Positions 50,199 through 59,812 of a stretch of DNA of 64,000 nucleotides are shown here, in pieces (the stretch's first letter is position 1; the number at the start of each line of letters is the position of its first letter). The notes below the pieces were generated by a model that saw only the letters and a program-made list of their open reading frames with translations, was not told the origin of the DNA and ran no database searches. The DNA comes from an uncultured Nitrososphaerota archaeon (GTDB lineage: Archaea > Thermoproteota > Nitrososphaeria > Nitrososphaerales > Gagatemarchaeaceae): assembly GCA_963838925.1 (NCBI GenBank), contig CAWISW010000003.1, forward strand, positions 1-64,000, read 5' to 3'. Both the position numbers and the translations under genes were made by a program.

Positions 50199-50732
50199 TC
50201 AAGGGTAGGGGCCGGCCTTGTCTGCGCCGACCGCCATGTTGACAGGAGTGCCCGCTGCCATCCCTGCGGCACCCCACCTCCTCCTGGCCCTGGAAATGTA
50301 GACCATCTGCGCGACGGTGAGGACAATCCAGAGTATGAGGAGGCCGACTACAGCTAGGCTCACATATCCGCTCCTCACTACGAGAATGTTCGACAAGGCG
50401 AGGACGACGACTGAAAGGCCGATGACCATCCTGATCATCCTAATCGCGAACATTCTGCCGCCAAATCCCCAGCCGCCTGTCCCTCCCCCGCGTCCGGCCG
50501 CCCTCTGCTGCTGGACCTGCTGAAGCTTGGCCTCGTCAAGATAGTACTTGCCCCCTACTTCGACGAAGATCCCTGACGCCCCGAGGCGCCTCTTCATCGC
50601 TTCCTCGAACCTCGGCCCCAGCCCGAGCTCTTGGGCCGTCAGGGCCTTCTCAGGGCTCGTCGCCCCCCTCTCCTTGAACTTGGCGACAATCTCCTGGATT
50701 ACGCGCCTGCCTCCACCGGGCGGCCTGAACAT
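50199..50732 (-). CDS. Membrane protein with N-terminal wHTH-like domain and two C-terminal TMs
   Basis: GATSPEKALTAQELGL...GIFVEVGGKYYLDE, Gly linker, two hydrophobic helices. Confidence 0.65.
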   Translation of the reverse strand: MFRPPGGGRRVIQEIVAKFKERGATSPEKALTAQELGLGPRFEEAMKRRLGASGIFVEVGGKYYLDEAKLQQVQQQRAAGRGGGTGGWGFGGRMFAIRMIRMVIGLSVVVLALSNILVVRSGYVSLAVVGLLILWIVLTVAQMVYISRARRRWGAAGMAAGTPVNMAVGADKAGPYP

Positions 50733-50756
50733 GGGCTCTGGAAATGCCGAGTGAGA

Positions 50757-50773
50757 ATTAATGTTTGTCCTAC
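50757..50773 (-). promoter_or_regulatory. Degenerate GGAC-TATA element
   Basis: Minus strand GTAGGAC-AAAC-ATTAAT, 25 nt before ATG 50732; overlaps the tpiA stop. Confidence 0.4.
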
Positions 50774-51459
50774 GATGCTTCCACGAGCTCGTTCAGGATC
50801 TTCTCGGGGTCCTTGGACTTTGTGAAGGCGGAGGAGACTCCCCACCCGTCCGCCCCCAGCTCTAGCGCCTTCCTGACGTCGCCCGCGTTGCTGATTCCTG
50901 CCCCGACGAGGCGCCTCACCCTGGGCGTGACCTTGCTCACAAAGTCGGTTATCTGGGAGGGCTTGGCGGTGGAGACGGATATGCCCGTGCCGACCAGCTC
51001 CGGCGGCTCGTACGCTATCATCTCCGGGCCTAAGGCAGCGATCTTCATGCTCTCCTCGATGCTGTCGGCGAAGCAGAGGCTCATGAGCCCGTGCGCCTTC
51101 GCTGCCTTGATCCTCTTCCCGACCTCGTCGATGGACAGCCTTCGTTCGGAGTGGTTGAGGAGGGTCCCCACCGCCCCGGCCTCCTTGACGGCGAGCGGAG
51201 AGATCGAGCCCGTGAACTTCCCTATCCCGTCGTCGATGTGCTGGGCGAAGACGGGCGTGTAGGCCGACGACTCGCCTGCTATCCTGTAGATGTCGGTGAA
51301 CTGCGGCGAGATGATTATCCTCTTTCCGTGCTTCATGGCGACGCTCCGGCAGATGCGCCCGAGCCTGACGGCTCGGGCGCCGGTCGCCTCCTCGTAGGTC
51401 TTGAAGTTGATTATGATTATCGGGAGGTGCTCGAGGAGGGAGTTGCGGACGTCGCTCAA
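50770..51459 (-). CDS. tpiA: Triosephosphate isomerase (archaeal type)
   Basis: INFKTY, AQHID, LLNHSE, YEPPELVGTG, GAGIS. Confidence 0.95.
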   Translation of the reverse strand: MSDVRNSLLEHLPIIIINFKTYEEATGARAVRLGRICRSVAMKHGKRIIISPQFTDIYRIAGESSAYTPVFAQHIDDGIGKFTGSISPLAVKEAGAVGTLLNHSERRLSIDEVGKRIKAAKAHGLMSLCFADSIEESMKIAALGPEMIAYEPPELVGTGISVSTAKPSQITDFVSKVTPRVRRLVGAGISNAGDVRKALELGADGWGVSSAFTKSKDPEKILNELVEAS

Positions 51460-51520
51460 GGCAGGTTCGGAGCTTGCCCTGCTGGCGGGCCGCTAAATCC
51501 GTTTCCAGAGCCGTTCCGAA

Positions 51521-52108
51521 CTAGGGGGCCGGCGAACCGACCACGGTCATGTAGACGACGTTCGAGGTCGCCGTCGTGCCATCGGAGAAGGTGATGATCG
51601 CGTAGACATCGTGCTGGCACGGTTGCGGGTTGGGGCACGCGGTCAGGACTGTCTCCCCAGCGTTCCCAAAGCCAAGCACGTAGGTGCGCCCCGTGGAGGT
51701 GACGTTCCATGGGTTGGCGTCCTGAGGGTTCCCGTCGAAGACGGTCTTGATCATGGTCGGGGTGAGCGAGTTGGGTACGGTCACCTGGACGTTGATGGGC
51801 TGCCCGTAGGTGTAGTAGAGGGTGTTGCCGAGATGCCCGTCCGCGCACGTGACCCCCGCCGCCACGTCGCCCGTCGTCCCCACCAGCACGGGGCCGGAGA
51901 CGATCGTGATCGTTTGGCTCGAGCTGCTCCCGGCGCACGTCTGGGTCGTGGTGGTGGTCGTCGTGGAGGTGGCGGACGTGGTGTGGGTCGAGGTCGTGGT
52001 CGTGGAGCCGCCGAGGCTGACCACTAGGACGGCTGCGACGACTATCACGAAGACTACGACGACAGCAATCCAGATGATCGGCCTTCTGCCCGGTGCGGGC
52101 TTCGCCAT
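51521..52108 (-). CDS. Membrane-anchored secreted Thr-rich, Cys-containing protein
   Basis: N-terminal TM, poly-Thr linker, four Cys. Confidence 0.75.
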   Translation of the reverse strand: MAKPAPGRRPIIWIAVVVVFVIVVAAVLVVSLGGSTTTTSTHTTSATSTTTTTTTQTCAGSSSSQTITIVSGPVLVGTTGDVAAGVTCADGHLGNTLYYTYGQPINVQVTVPNSLTPTMIKTVFDGNPQDANPWNVTSTGRTYVLGFGNAGETVLTACPNPQPCQHDVYAIITFSDGTTATSNVVYMTVVGSPAP

Positions 52109-52138
52109 CGAGCTTCGACTGGTCAGAGCCGCGTCGAT

Positions 52139-52158
52139 TTATTTAATTCTATCCGAAC
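52139..52158 (-). promoter_or_regulatory. GTTCGGAT-N6-TATA-like element
   Basis: Minus strand GTTCGGAT-AGAATT-AAATAA, 31 nt before ATG 52108. Confidence 0.5.
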
Positions 52159-52179
52159 TCGCCCGAAGGGACCTCCGGC

Positions 52180-52437
52180 TCACTTGCCGGGGTTCTGCTC
52201 GACGACCCTCGCGACGACGTACGTCCTGACCAGGGTCGTGCCCGCGGAGAGCATCACGAAGCCGATGACAGCGGAGAGCAGCGCGGCTACCACCGCCTGG
52301 CCGCCCGAGGGGGAGATCAGGGTGACCGAGGCGAGGAAGAAGTAGATGGATATCGCTATCAGCGCGATGCCGACCCACAGCGAGACCGCCGCGAACCTCC
52401 TCTGGGTGCTCCCGCTCGCTCCGCTCGTCGCCATCAA
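52180..52437 (-). CDS. Small two-TM membrane protein
   Basis: Two hydrophobic helices. Confidence 0.65.
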   Translation of the reverse strand: MMATSGASGSTQRRFAAVSLWVGIALIAISIYFFLASVTLISPSGGQAVVAALLSAVIGFVMLSAGTTLVRTYVVARVVEQNPGK

Positions 52438-52497
52438 GCATCGTCCTCGGCTGTCACTTTGAGGCGGTCCAGCATATAAAAACAGGGCGCGGCCATT

Positions 52498-53547
52498 TCA
52501 ACCCCAAAGAAGCTTGATCAGGTCGCGGAGGTAGTCCTGCGACTGGGCGAAGAGTATGTCGACCCTGACTATCGCGCTCTGTATGGTTGTCTGGATGAGG
52601 ACCTCGAGCGGCGTCGGGGAGGGGGTCTGCAGGTTGAAGATCGCGAGGAGGTCGCGAGAGAACTGCCCCCTGGGCAGGAACAACGCGAGGGCGGCTATGA
52701 GCCCGGCGCAGTAAGCGACCGTCAGGAATCCCCACGCCCTGCCCCCCGACGGCTTGTAGCGCGCGATCCTCCGGACCGTCTTCGTGGTCGGCTCTATCTC
52801 CCCCAGGAGCTCCATCTTCGCGTCGGCTGCGTTCAGCGTGAAGTGGAGGATCACCGGCTCGAGGAACTCGCGCATGATCCAGATCGCCGCGCCGGCGACG
52901 AAGAGCGTGGTCATTACGAGGCCGATGCGCGTCTGCAGGTACAGAGACGCCAGCCCGGAGAGCGGCGGGGGGAGGCGCGCCGCCTGGACCCCGAGGTCTC
53001 CGACGACGGTCTCGACGACGACCACCAGCGCGAGGGCCGCGGCGAGGGGGACGACCGAGTCGAGGGCCACCCCGAGGATGTTGTAGCCCAGGGGGCCTGA
53101 GGACTTGACGTCGGGGCGCCTCCCGGAGAGGAGCTTCACGCCCCTGCCGTAGGTGAAGCCCGCCAGGGCGAGGAAGGCGGCGGCGATCACGAGGACTACG
53201 GCGTCGCCCAGGTTGAGCGGTATCCCCAGGAACGAGATCGAGCTAGCGACGCTCGCAGCCACGAAGAAAGATGCGATGAGGAGGGTCACGAGGAGCGACG
53301 GGCGGAAGGAGAAGACGGCGTAGAGAGAGGCGAGCAGGAGGGCCCAGGGGAGGACCTGCGCCGCAAGCGACGCCGCGCCGCTCGAGGCGGCCTGGACGAG
53401 GAGGTCTCCGGGGGTCGATGACACGGCTATCGAGAATACCAGCTCGGCGACGATGGCCGGCAGGACGAGGGCGTAGTAGACGAGCGCGCCCCTCGTCGAG
53501 TACCTCGAGAGGAGGGACGGCTGCTCCGGCTCCGCGTCGGGCGCCAC
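52498..53547 (-). CDS. Polytopic membrane protein (MoxR operon 2)
   Basis: Multiple TM helices; coupled to the DUF58 gene. Confidence 0.75.
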   Translation of the reverse strand: MAPDAEPEQPSLLSRYSTRGALVYYALVLPAIVAELVFSIAVSSTPGDLLVQAASSGAASLAAQVLPWALLLASLYAVFSFRPSLLVTLLIASFFVAASVASSISFLGIPLNLGDAVVLVIAAAFLALAGFTYGRGVKLLSGRRPDVKSSGPLGYNILGVALDSVVPLAAALALVVVVETVVGDLGVQAARLPPPLSGLASLYLQTRIGLVMTTLFVAGAAIWIMREFLEPVILHFTLNAADAKMELLGEIEPTTKTVRRIARYKPSGGRAWGFLTVAYCAGLIAALALFLPRGQFSRDLLAIFNLQTPSPTPLEVLIQTTIQSAIVRVDILFAQSQDYLRDLIKLLWG

Positions 53548-53549
53548 GG

Positions 53550-54887
53550 CTATGAGCCTCCCTTCCTTCGCAGCTCCTCGACCTGCAGGACGAGCTTGGC
53601 GAAGAGGTCGTCGGGGCCGACGTCCACGACCGGGATGCCCAGGGCGAGCGCCTGCTTCAGGAGCTTCTTCCTCGTCCTGAGCTCGTGGGACGTCCGGATG
53701 GAGTAGACGGTCCTGTCGAGCCCCTTCAGGCCGTGGGCCTCGAAGAGCCTGGTGTACGGCGACACGACGATTACCTCGTGGTTGATCTCGAGGAGCTGCT
53801 TCAGGGGCTGGAGGTCACGCTCAAGGTCGAGGTCGGTGATCACGAAGAAGAGGGTCTTGCCCTTCACGCCTCCCAGCGCGAGGCACCTGCTCACCGCGCT
53901 CCTGAGGGCGTCCGCCGGGGACGCCTTGGGGCTGAGGCCTCCCAGCGCCCCGAGCAGGCGGTAGGCCTGCACCTCCCCCCTGGCGAGCGGGAGGACGGCC
54001 GCAGGCTTGTCCCCCTGGATTATCGTGAGCCCTATGAAGTCTCCCCGCTTGGAGAGGTAGCTGACCAGGGAGGCGACCGCCCTTGCGGCGTAGTCCAGCT
54101 TCGTCCTCCCCGCCTCCCCGTAGGCCATGCTCTCCGTGGAGTCTAGGATCACCATCACGTTGAGCTGGGTCTCGGCGTTCAGCTCCCTCACCATGAGGCG
54201 GTTGGTCTTCGCGGTGGCGTGCCACTCTATCCGCTTGTAGGGGTCGCCGGGCTCGTAGCGCCTGATGTCCGCGAACTCGAGGCCCTCGCCCTTCCTCCTC
54301 GAGGTGAGGCTCCCCCCGTACGTCGACATCGCGACCGCGGTCAGGACCCCCTTCGTGAGCTCCCTCCCGGCTGGAGTCACCTCGACGGTGCTCGGGACGG
54401 CCTCAGCGACGCTCCTCTCGTAGAAGAAGAGCCCGGCCATGTCCCTCGTGACGACGCGGAGCGGTCCGAACGCGTTGGAGCCTATCGAGGTGGGCTTGAC
54501 TCGGTAGCGCACCTCGGCGTAGCCCTTCGCGGGGACGTTCACCACGCCGGCGTTCGCGCCTGACTTTATCCTGAAGAAGGGAGGGTACGTGTCCAGGAGC
54601 TCGAGCGGGAGCCTGACGAAGGTCTTGTTGACGAACGAGAGCTCGACCTCGAGCTGCGCGCCCTCGTTGACCCGCGGGGGGAACTTCCGCGTTATCTCGA
54701 GCGTGTCGAGCGCCTTGACCTTGAGCTGGAGGAGGAGCTTCGAGGCGTAGTAGAAGAGGAAGAGGCCCACCCCGGCGTAGAGGAGGAAGGACTGCGACTC
54801 GAGCGCTCCGACTATCCCGAGCGCGATGAGGACGGCGGAGAGCAGCAGGAGCGTGTTACCCCTCGGCGTCCTCCGGAAGACGGTCAA
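53550..54887 (-). CDS. DUF58 domain protein (vWA-like)
   Basis: GLEFADIRRYEPGDPYKRIEWHATAK, LDSTESM. Confidence 0.92.
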   Translation of the reverse strand: MTVFRRTPRGNTLLLLSAVLIALGIVGALESQSFLLYAGVGLFLFYYASKLLLQLKVKALDTLEITRKFPPRVNEGAQLEVELSFVNKTFVRLPLELLDTYPPFFRIKSGANAGVVNVPAKGYAEVRYRVKPTSIGSNAFGPLRVVTRDMAGLFFYERSVAEAVPSTVEVTPAGRELTKGVLTAVAMSTYGGSLTSRRKGEGLEFADIRRYEPGDPYKRIEWHATAKTNRLMVRELNAETQLNVMVILDSTESMAYGEAGRTKLDYAARAVASLVSYLSKRGDFIGLTIIQGDKPAAVLPLARGEVQAYRLLGALGGLSPKASPADALRSAVSRCLALGGVKGKTLFFVITDLDLERDLQPLKQLLEINHEVIVVSPYTRLFEAHGLKGLDRTVYSIRTSHELRTRKKLLKQALALGIPVVDVGPDDLFAKLVLQVEELRRKGGS

Positions 54888-54890
54888 TCG

Positions 54891-55838
54891 CTACGGGACC
54901 TTCGTCGACTGGAGCACCTGGCCGACGACGGTGGATTGCGTCACGCCGTCGAGGATGGCCTCCTGCCTGAGTACCAGCCTGTGCGAGAGGACGTAGGGGG
55001 CGACCCTCTTCACGTCGTCTGGGATGAGGTATCCCCTCCCCTCCACGAGGGCGATGCCCGCGGACCCCACCTGGAGCGAGGTCGCGGCCCTGGGTGACCC
55101 GCCCAGCCTGACGGCGGGGTGCGCCCTCGTCGCCTCCACGATGTCGGCGATGTACCCGCGGATGGACTCGTCGATGTTCACGCCCCAGACCGCGGAGGGT
55201 ATGAGGCCCTGGAGCGACTTCTCGTCCGCGACTGGCTTGACCTTGGTCTCCATTATGCCCCTCAGGTTCTTGAGCATCAGCATAGTCTCCGCCCTGGATG
55301 GGTAGCCTATCTCCACCCTCATCAGGAACCTGTCGATCTGCGCTTCGGGCAGGGGGTACGTCCCCTCGAACTCGATCGGGTTCTGGGTCGCGAGGACGAT
55401 GAAGGGGGCGGGAAGGGGCATTGTCGTCCCCTCGATCGTGACCTGCCGCTCCTGCATCGCCTCTAGGAGGGCCGACTGCGTCTTGGGGGAGGCGCGGTTG
55501 ATCTCGTCGGCGAGGATTATGTTCCCGAAGATGGGCCCCTTCCTGATCTTAAAGTCGGACACCTTCTGGTCGAAGACGTAGGTCCCGATTATGTCCGATG
55601 GGAGGAGGTCGGGGGTGAACTGGAGGCGGTCGAACTGGAGGCCGAGCGAGCTCGCGAGCGCCTTGGCCATGCTCGTCTTCGCGACCCCGGGGACGCCCTC
55701 GAGGAGGACGTGGCCCCCGGCGAAGAGGCACGCCTCGATGAGCTTGAGCTCCTGCGTCTTTCCCACGATTACCTTGGAGACCTCCGCGAGGATCCTGTCG
55801 GAGAGGTCCTTGACCTGGGCGGCCTGGCTCATCGTCAT
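54891..55838 (-). CDS. moxR: MoxR family AAA+ ATPase
   Basis: GVPGVAKT, QFTPDLLPSD, DEINRASPKTQSALLE, PLPEAQIDRF. Confidence 0.95.
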   Translation of the reverse strand: MTMSQAAQVKDLSDRILAEVSKVIVGKTQELKLIEACLFAGGHVLLEGVPGVAKTSMAKALASSLGLQFDRLQFTPDLLPSDIIGTYVFDQKVSDFKIRKGPIFGNIILADEINRASPKTQSALLEAMQERQVTIEGTTMPLPAPFIVLATQNPIEFEGTYPLPEAQIDRFLMRVEIGYPSRAETMLMLKNLRGIMETKVKPVADEKSLQGLIPSAVWGVNIDESIRGYIADIVEATRAHPAVRLGGSPRAATSLQVGSAGIALVEGRGYLIPDDVKRVAPYVLSHRLVLRQEAILDGVTQSTVVGQVLQSTKVP

Positions 55839-55873
55839 CTAGGTGACGCTCCACCATCGAGGCCCGTCCGCAA

Positions 55874-57352
55874 TTAAGCTCTCACCCTCTCCCTCATGAG
55901 CTGCTCCATCCTCTGGCCGGACGGCTCCTCGTCGCCGGCGATGGTGATCCCGAGCCGGTTGAGGAAGGCCTCGGCGTCGGCGGTGGTCCTCGCCGTGAGG
56001 GCGCGCCATCGGAGGACGGGCGGGAAGAGGAACCTCCTGTCGCCCGAGGCGTAGTGGCGGAGCCTCGACAGCGAGAGGAAGAGCTTCTTCGCGCGCTTGG
56101 CGTCGTCGGCGCCTATCCTTTGGGCGAGGGCGCTCTCCGTGACCGTCGAGATGCCCGCCCCGAACTCGCCTGCGACTATCGAGTCGAGGACGTCGTAGAG
56201 CTGGGCGAGCGTCGCGACGTAGCCGGCCTTGGAGCGAGTCGCCTGGAGGAAGTCGGCCCTCGCCCTGGACTGGGCGACGATGGTCCGCTCCACGTTGGGG
56301 ACGGGCTGGTCGTCCTTGCCCTTCTTCTCGGGGGCGAACCACCTGGTGACTGCCCCGTAGACCGAGATGAGCAGGATCAGCGCGACGAGGGCGCTGGCGA
56401 CGCCGTCGGAGATGTGGAGGCCGAAGCCCCCGAGGAACCCGCTCACCTGCGACGGGAAGCTCGCGTAGTAGCTGTTGAGCCCCGAGAGCGACTGCTCGAT
56501 GCTGTAGGCCACGAGGGGCCCGATAGGGAGGCCCGCCTCGAACTTCGGGGGCTTGGCCCCGACGTACTGCGAGTTGTCTAGGAGTATCGTCACGCCCTTC
56601 CCCGGGTCGACGTAGCTCAGCATCGCCGCCACGAAGGCCCTCTCGTTGATGCCCGCCTGGGGCTGGGTGTAGTTGAACAGGAAGTTGGTGAAGGGCGCCG
56701 AGTCGGAGATCAGGAGCGCCTGGGCGCCAGCCGGTGAGCTTCCGGCCGCGACGACCGTCCTTGTGCCGACGCTCGGATCCCCGAGGTCTGAGGAGAGCGC
56801 AGAGGTCGAGGCCGCGGAGTGGAGCGGAGATGAAGATGAGAGCATGATCGGCGAGGCGATGTCGATCACCCCCTGGGTGCTGGTGGAGCCGAGCGAAAGG
56901 TCGACCGCGAAGACCCGCTTGTCCACGAAGGTCGAGGTAGGGTCGACGACCGGGTGCCCCGAGACCTGTGCCCCGAACGCGCCTAGCACTGCCGAGTTGG
57001 TGGTGTTCCCTTCCGCTATCAGCGAGGAGATCTTTCCGCTGTCGAATCCCCCCTTCACGGCCGAGACCTCGATGTTGCTCATGGCGAGGTCGGGGCCGAC
57101 CAGGAGGTAGACCAGCTTCTGCTGCCCGAGGAGGCTCGTCACGACGTCGTTCGTGGTGTTCGCCACCGTGACCTGGTAACCTGCCTGGTGGAGGTAGGAG
57201 ACGAACATCGAGGTCCCGGACGCGGAGGTGTCGGTAGGGCCCGTCCCCCCGTCGCCCCCGGGGGATGCGGAGAAGCCGATGGTGGAGGGCGAGTAGATCA
57301 CGGCGACGAGCGCCACCACGCCGAGTATCGAGAGGAACTGGCGGAGCTTCAT
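55874..57352 (-). CDS. DUF4350-like membrane-anchored protein
   Basis: Starts MKLRQFL at ATG 57352; N- and C-terminal TMs; ISDSAPFTN; position in the MoxR operon. Confidence 0.7.
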   Translation of the reverse strand: MKLRQFLSILGVVALVAVIYSPSTIGFSASPGGDGGTGPTDTSASGTSMFVSYLHQAGYQVTVANTTNDVVTSLLGQQKLVYLLVGPDLAMSNIEVSAVKGGFDSGKISSLIAEGNTTNSAVLGAFGAQVSGHPVVDPTSTFVDKRVFAVDLSLGSTSTQGVIDIASPIMLSSSSPLHSAASTSALSSDLGDPSVGTRTVVAAGSSPAGAQALLISDSAPFTNFLFNYTQPQAGINERAFVAAMLSYVDPGKGVTILLDNSQYVGAKPPKFEAGLPIGPLVAYSIEQSLSGLNSYYASFPSQVSGFLGGFGLHISDGVASALVALILLISVYGAVTRWFAPEKKGKDDQPVPNVERTIVAQSRARADFLQATRSKAGYVATLAQLYDVLDSIVAGEFGAGISTVTESALAQRIGADDAKRAKKLFLSLSRLRHYASGDRRFLFPPVLRWRALTARTTADAEAFLNRLGITIAGDEEPSGQRMEQLMRERVRA

Positions 57353-58467
57353 CGGTCCACCTTCTCGATGGCCATGAAGGAGGACGCGGCCATGTAGGCG
57401 TCGGACGCCTCCACCTCCTCGCCCGAGAACTTCGCCTTCTCGTAGAGGGAGGATATCGTGCCGACGGCCGCCGCCTCGGGCCTCCCCTCGCACTTCGAGG
57501 TGAACTCTCGGTGGGTGTCCGAGTCGAGCTTGGGGACCCCCCTCCGCGCCATGAGCCTGACCGCGCGCCCGAAGTAGAACTCTATCCTCTTCCTCGGGTC
57601 GGAAGGCGCCTCCCCGCCCTCGTCCTTCCCTCCCCTGAACATGGTCATTCCGGGGAGGCTCTGCGAGCCGGCGAGCGTGACGATCCTGCCCCTTGAGAAG
57701 TAGAAGGCGGCCACCGCCGCGACCGCGAGGAGCGGAAGAGCGAAGTCGGCGAGCGGGATGGCCGGGAGACCCGCCGAGGGCGAGCCCACGGAGAAGGATG
57801 GCGCGCCGATGGAGGGGACCGAGAGCCCCGGGACCCCGGAGATCCCGGGGAGCTTGATTGGCGCGCCGCCCGAAAGCCCGCTGCTGCCCACGAAGGCGCT
57901 CTGGCTGAGGAGGCTGGAGTTCTGCAGGAGCTCGCTCGCCATCGTCGCGTTCGCGAACTGCATGAGGCTGGCGAGGCTCTGCATGTCCACGGAGAGCGTC
58001 TGCTTCGACTGGCTCGAGGCGCCGTTCTGGGACCCGGAGCTCTGGCTGAGGAGGCTCGCCAGCGTGTTCGCGTTGACCGACGCGCCGTTGCTCCCGACGG
58101 AGAGGCTCTGGAGGAGTGCGCTGAGCGACTGCGAGGCTCCGCTGCTGGGGTTCGCCGAGAGCCCCTGGAGCTGAGCGAGGGTCGAGGCCGCGCCGTTGTA
58201 GTTCCCGCTGTTCAGCTGCGACTGGAACTCCGAGAGGAGCTGCTGGAGCTGGGTGTCGTTCGTCCCCTGGGAGAGGGTGCTGAGGGCCGAGCCCAGCTGC
58301 TGGGGGCTGACCGTCGGCACCTGGGTGAGCTGCCCCGCGTTCGAGTCGTCGGCTGCGTGGGCGGGCGCCGCCACGACCCCGGCCAGGGCGAGAAGGACGA
58401 GGGCGCCGGCGAGCGATAGGGCGGCCGCCCTGCGCCCAATACCAGCTTCCGCTGATGCTGCTGGCAA
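57349..58467 (-). CDS. DUF4129 domain membrane protein
   Basis: Ser/Gln-rich ectodomain, TM, C-terminal DTHREF...LYEKAKFS. Confidence 0.78.
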   Translation of the reverse strand: MPAASAEAGIGRRAAALSLAGALVLLALAGVVAAPAHAADDSNAGQLTQVPTVSPQQLGSALSTLSQGTNDTQLQQLLSEFQSQLNSGNYNGAASTLAQLQGLSANPSSGASQSLSALLQSLSVGSNGASVNANTLASLLSQSSGSQNGASSQSKQTLSVDMQSLASLMQFANATMASELLQNSSLLSQSAFVGSSGLSGGAPIKLPGISGVPGLSVPSIGAPSFSVGSPSAGLPAIPLADFALPLLAVAAVAAFYFSRGRIVTLAGSQSLPGMTMFRGGKDEGGEAPSDPRKRIEFYFGRAVRLMARRGVPKLDSDTHREFTSKCEGRPEAAAVGTISSLYEKAKFSGEEVEASDAYMAASSFMAIEKVDR

Positions 58468-58546
58468 CGGTCGCCTTGTGCGACCCCCGAATCATTTAAC
58501 CTTGCTAGAGCCCCAATCCATCTCCGCCGAGCGCCGTCGCGGCAGC

Positions 58547-59716
58547 TCAGCCGAGCGCCTGGTCGAGGTCCGCCTGGAGGTCTAGCAGGTCCTCGAGCCC
58601 GAGGGCGAGCCTGAGGAGGTTCTCGCCTATCCCCAGCTCCTTCCTCACCGCGGGGGAGATCGTCTTGGAGGCGCTCGTCAGGGGGTAGTTGAGCAGGGTC
58701 TCGGTCCCGCCGAGGCTGGGGGACGGCTTCACGAGCCGGATCCGCTTGAGGACCTCGATGGCCTCCGCCTTGCCTCCCCTCACCTTGAAGCTCAAGACCC
58801 CGCCGTAGCGGCCTCGCTCGAGGAAGAGCCTGTCCGCTATCTTGTGGTACTCGCTGTCCTTGAGGCCGGGGTAGTAGACCTTCTCGACGTTGGGGTGCTC
58901 GTCGAGGAACTTCGCGAGCGCGAGCGCGTTCTTGCACTGGACGTCGAAGCGCGCCTTCAGCGTCGCGACGCCGCGGAGCGCGAGGAAGGCCTCGAACGGC
59001 CCCATGATCGACCCCAGCCTCCTCCGGAACTCCCAGAGCTCCACTAAGTCGATGGGGTCGTTGAGGGCGATGGCCCCGCCGACGACGTCGTTGTGGCCCG
59101 AGAGGTACTTTGTGACGCTGTGCACCGAGAGCCAGGCGCCCCGGTCGAGCGGGCGGTAGAGGAGGGGCGTGGCGAACGTGTTGTCCACGACGAGCCGCGC
59201 CCCGACCTCCTGGCACCTCTTGGTGATGGCGGGGATGTCGACCACCCTGACTAGGGGGTTGGTTATCGTCTCGACGAGGACGAGGGCGACCCCGGGCTTG
59301 ATCTTCTGGAGGAAGTCCTCGGTGTCGGGCCCTGCGAGGACGGTCTTCACCCCGAACTTCGAGAGGTTGAGCGCGAGGTCCTGCGTCGTCCCGTAGGACT
59401 CCTTTGTTATCACGATGGTGTCGCCGCTGGCGAGCGATGAGAGGTAGACCGCCGCGATGCCGCCCATCCCGCTGCTGAAGGCCAGGGAGTGGTCGGCCCC
59501 CTCCAGCTTCGCGATGACCTTCTCGAAGCCCCTTACCGTCGGGTTCTCCTCCCTCGAGTACTTCTGCTCGAAGCCCCTGTCGCTCTTCCTGGCCTCCCCC
59601 GTCCTGCGGTCGGGGTGCTCGAAGATGGTCGAGAGGTAGAGGGGGACTCGGAAGGCGCCCGTCTCCACGTCGTAGTAGTCGTGGCCGTGGACGCTGTCCG
59701 TGGAGGGCTTCGGCAA
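58547..59716 (-). CDS. metB: Cystathionine gamma-synthase/lyase family PLP enzyme
   Basis: YSREENPT, FSSGMG, VDNTFATP, HSVTKYLSGH, SLGGTETL. Confidence 0.88.
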   Translation of the reverse strand: MPKPSTDSVHGHDYYDVETGAFRVPLYLSTIFEHPDRRTGEARKSDRGFEQKYSREENPTVRGFEKVIAKLEGADHSLAFSSGMGGIAAVYLSSLASGDTIVITKESYGTTQDLALNLSKFGVKTVLAGPDTEDFLQKIKPGVALVLVETITNPLVRVVDIPAITKRCQEVGARLVVDNTFATPLLYRPLDRGAWLSVHSVTKYLSGHNDVVGGAIALNDPIDLVELWEFRRRLGSIMGPFEAFLALRGVATLKARFDVQCKNALALAKFLDEHPNVEKVYYPGLKDSEYHKIADRLFLERGRYGGVLSFKVRGGKAEAIEVLKRIRLVKPSPSLGGTETLLNYPLTSASKTISPAVRKELGIGENLLRLALGLEDLLDLQADLDQALG

Positions 59717-59812
59717 GCTGCTAGCTACCGTCGCGTCCCAGAATCATCGAATTCATAAGCTTGCCGAAGCGCAAAGTCGGATAGGAATAGTGAGGAGCGA
59801 GGGCTCTTCGAA

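Noticed and set aside
51950-52010. GTG/GTC trinucleotide-like repeats
   Set aside because: They encode the poly-Thr linker of a surface protein and are not an independent repeat element.
55874-58495. 873-aa ORF from the ORF track
   Set aside because: Its N-terminal ~380 aa are an Arg/Pro-rich off-frame reading of the 57349-58467 gene; the real gene starts at ATG 57352.
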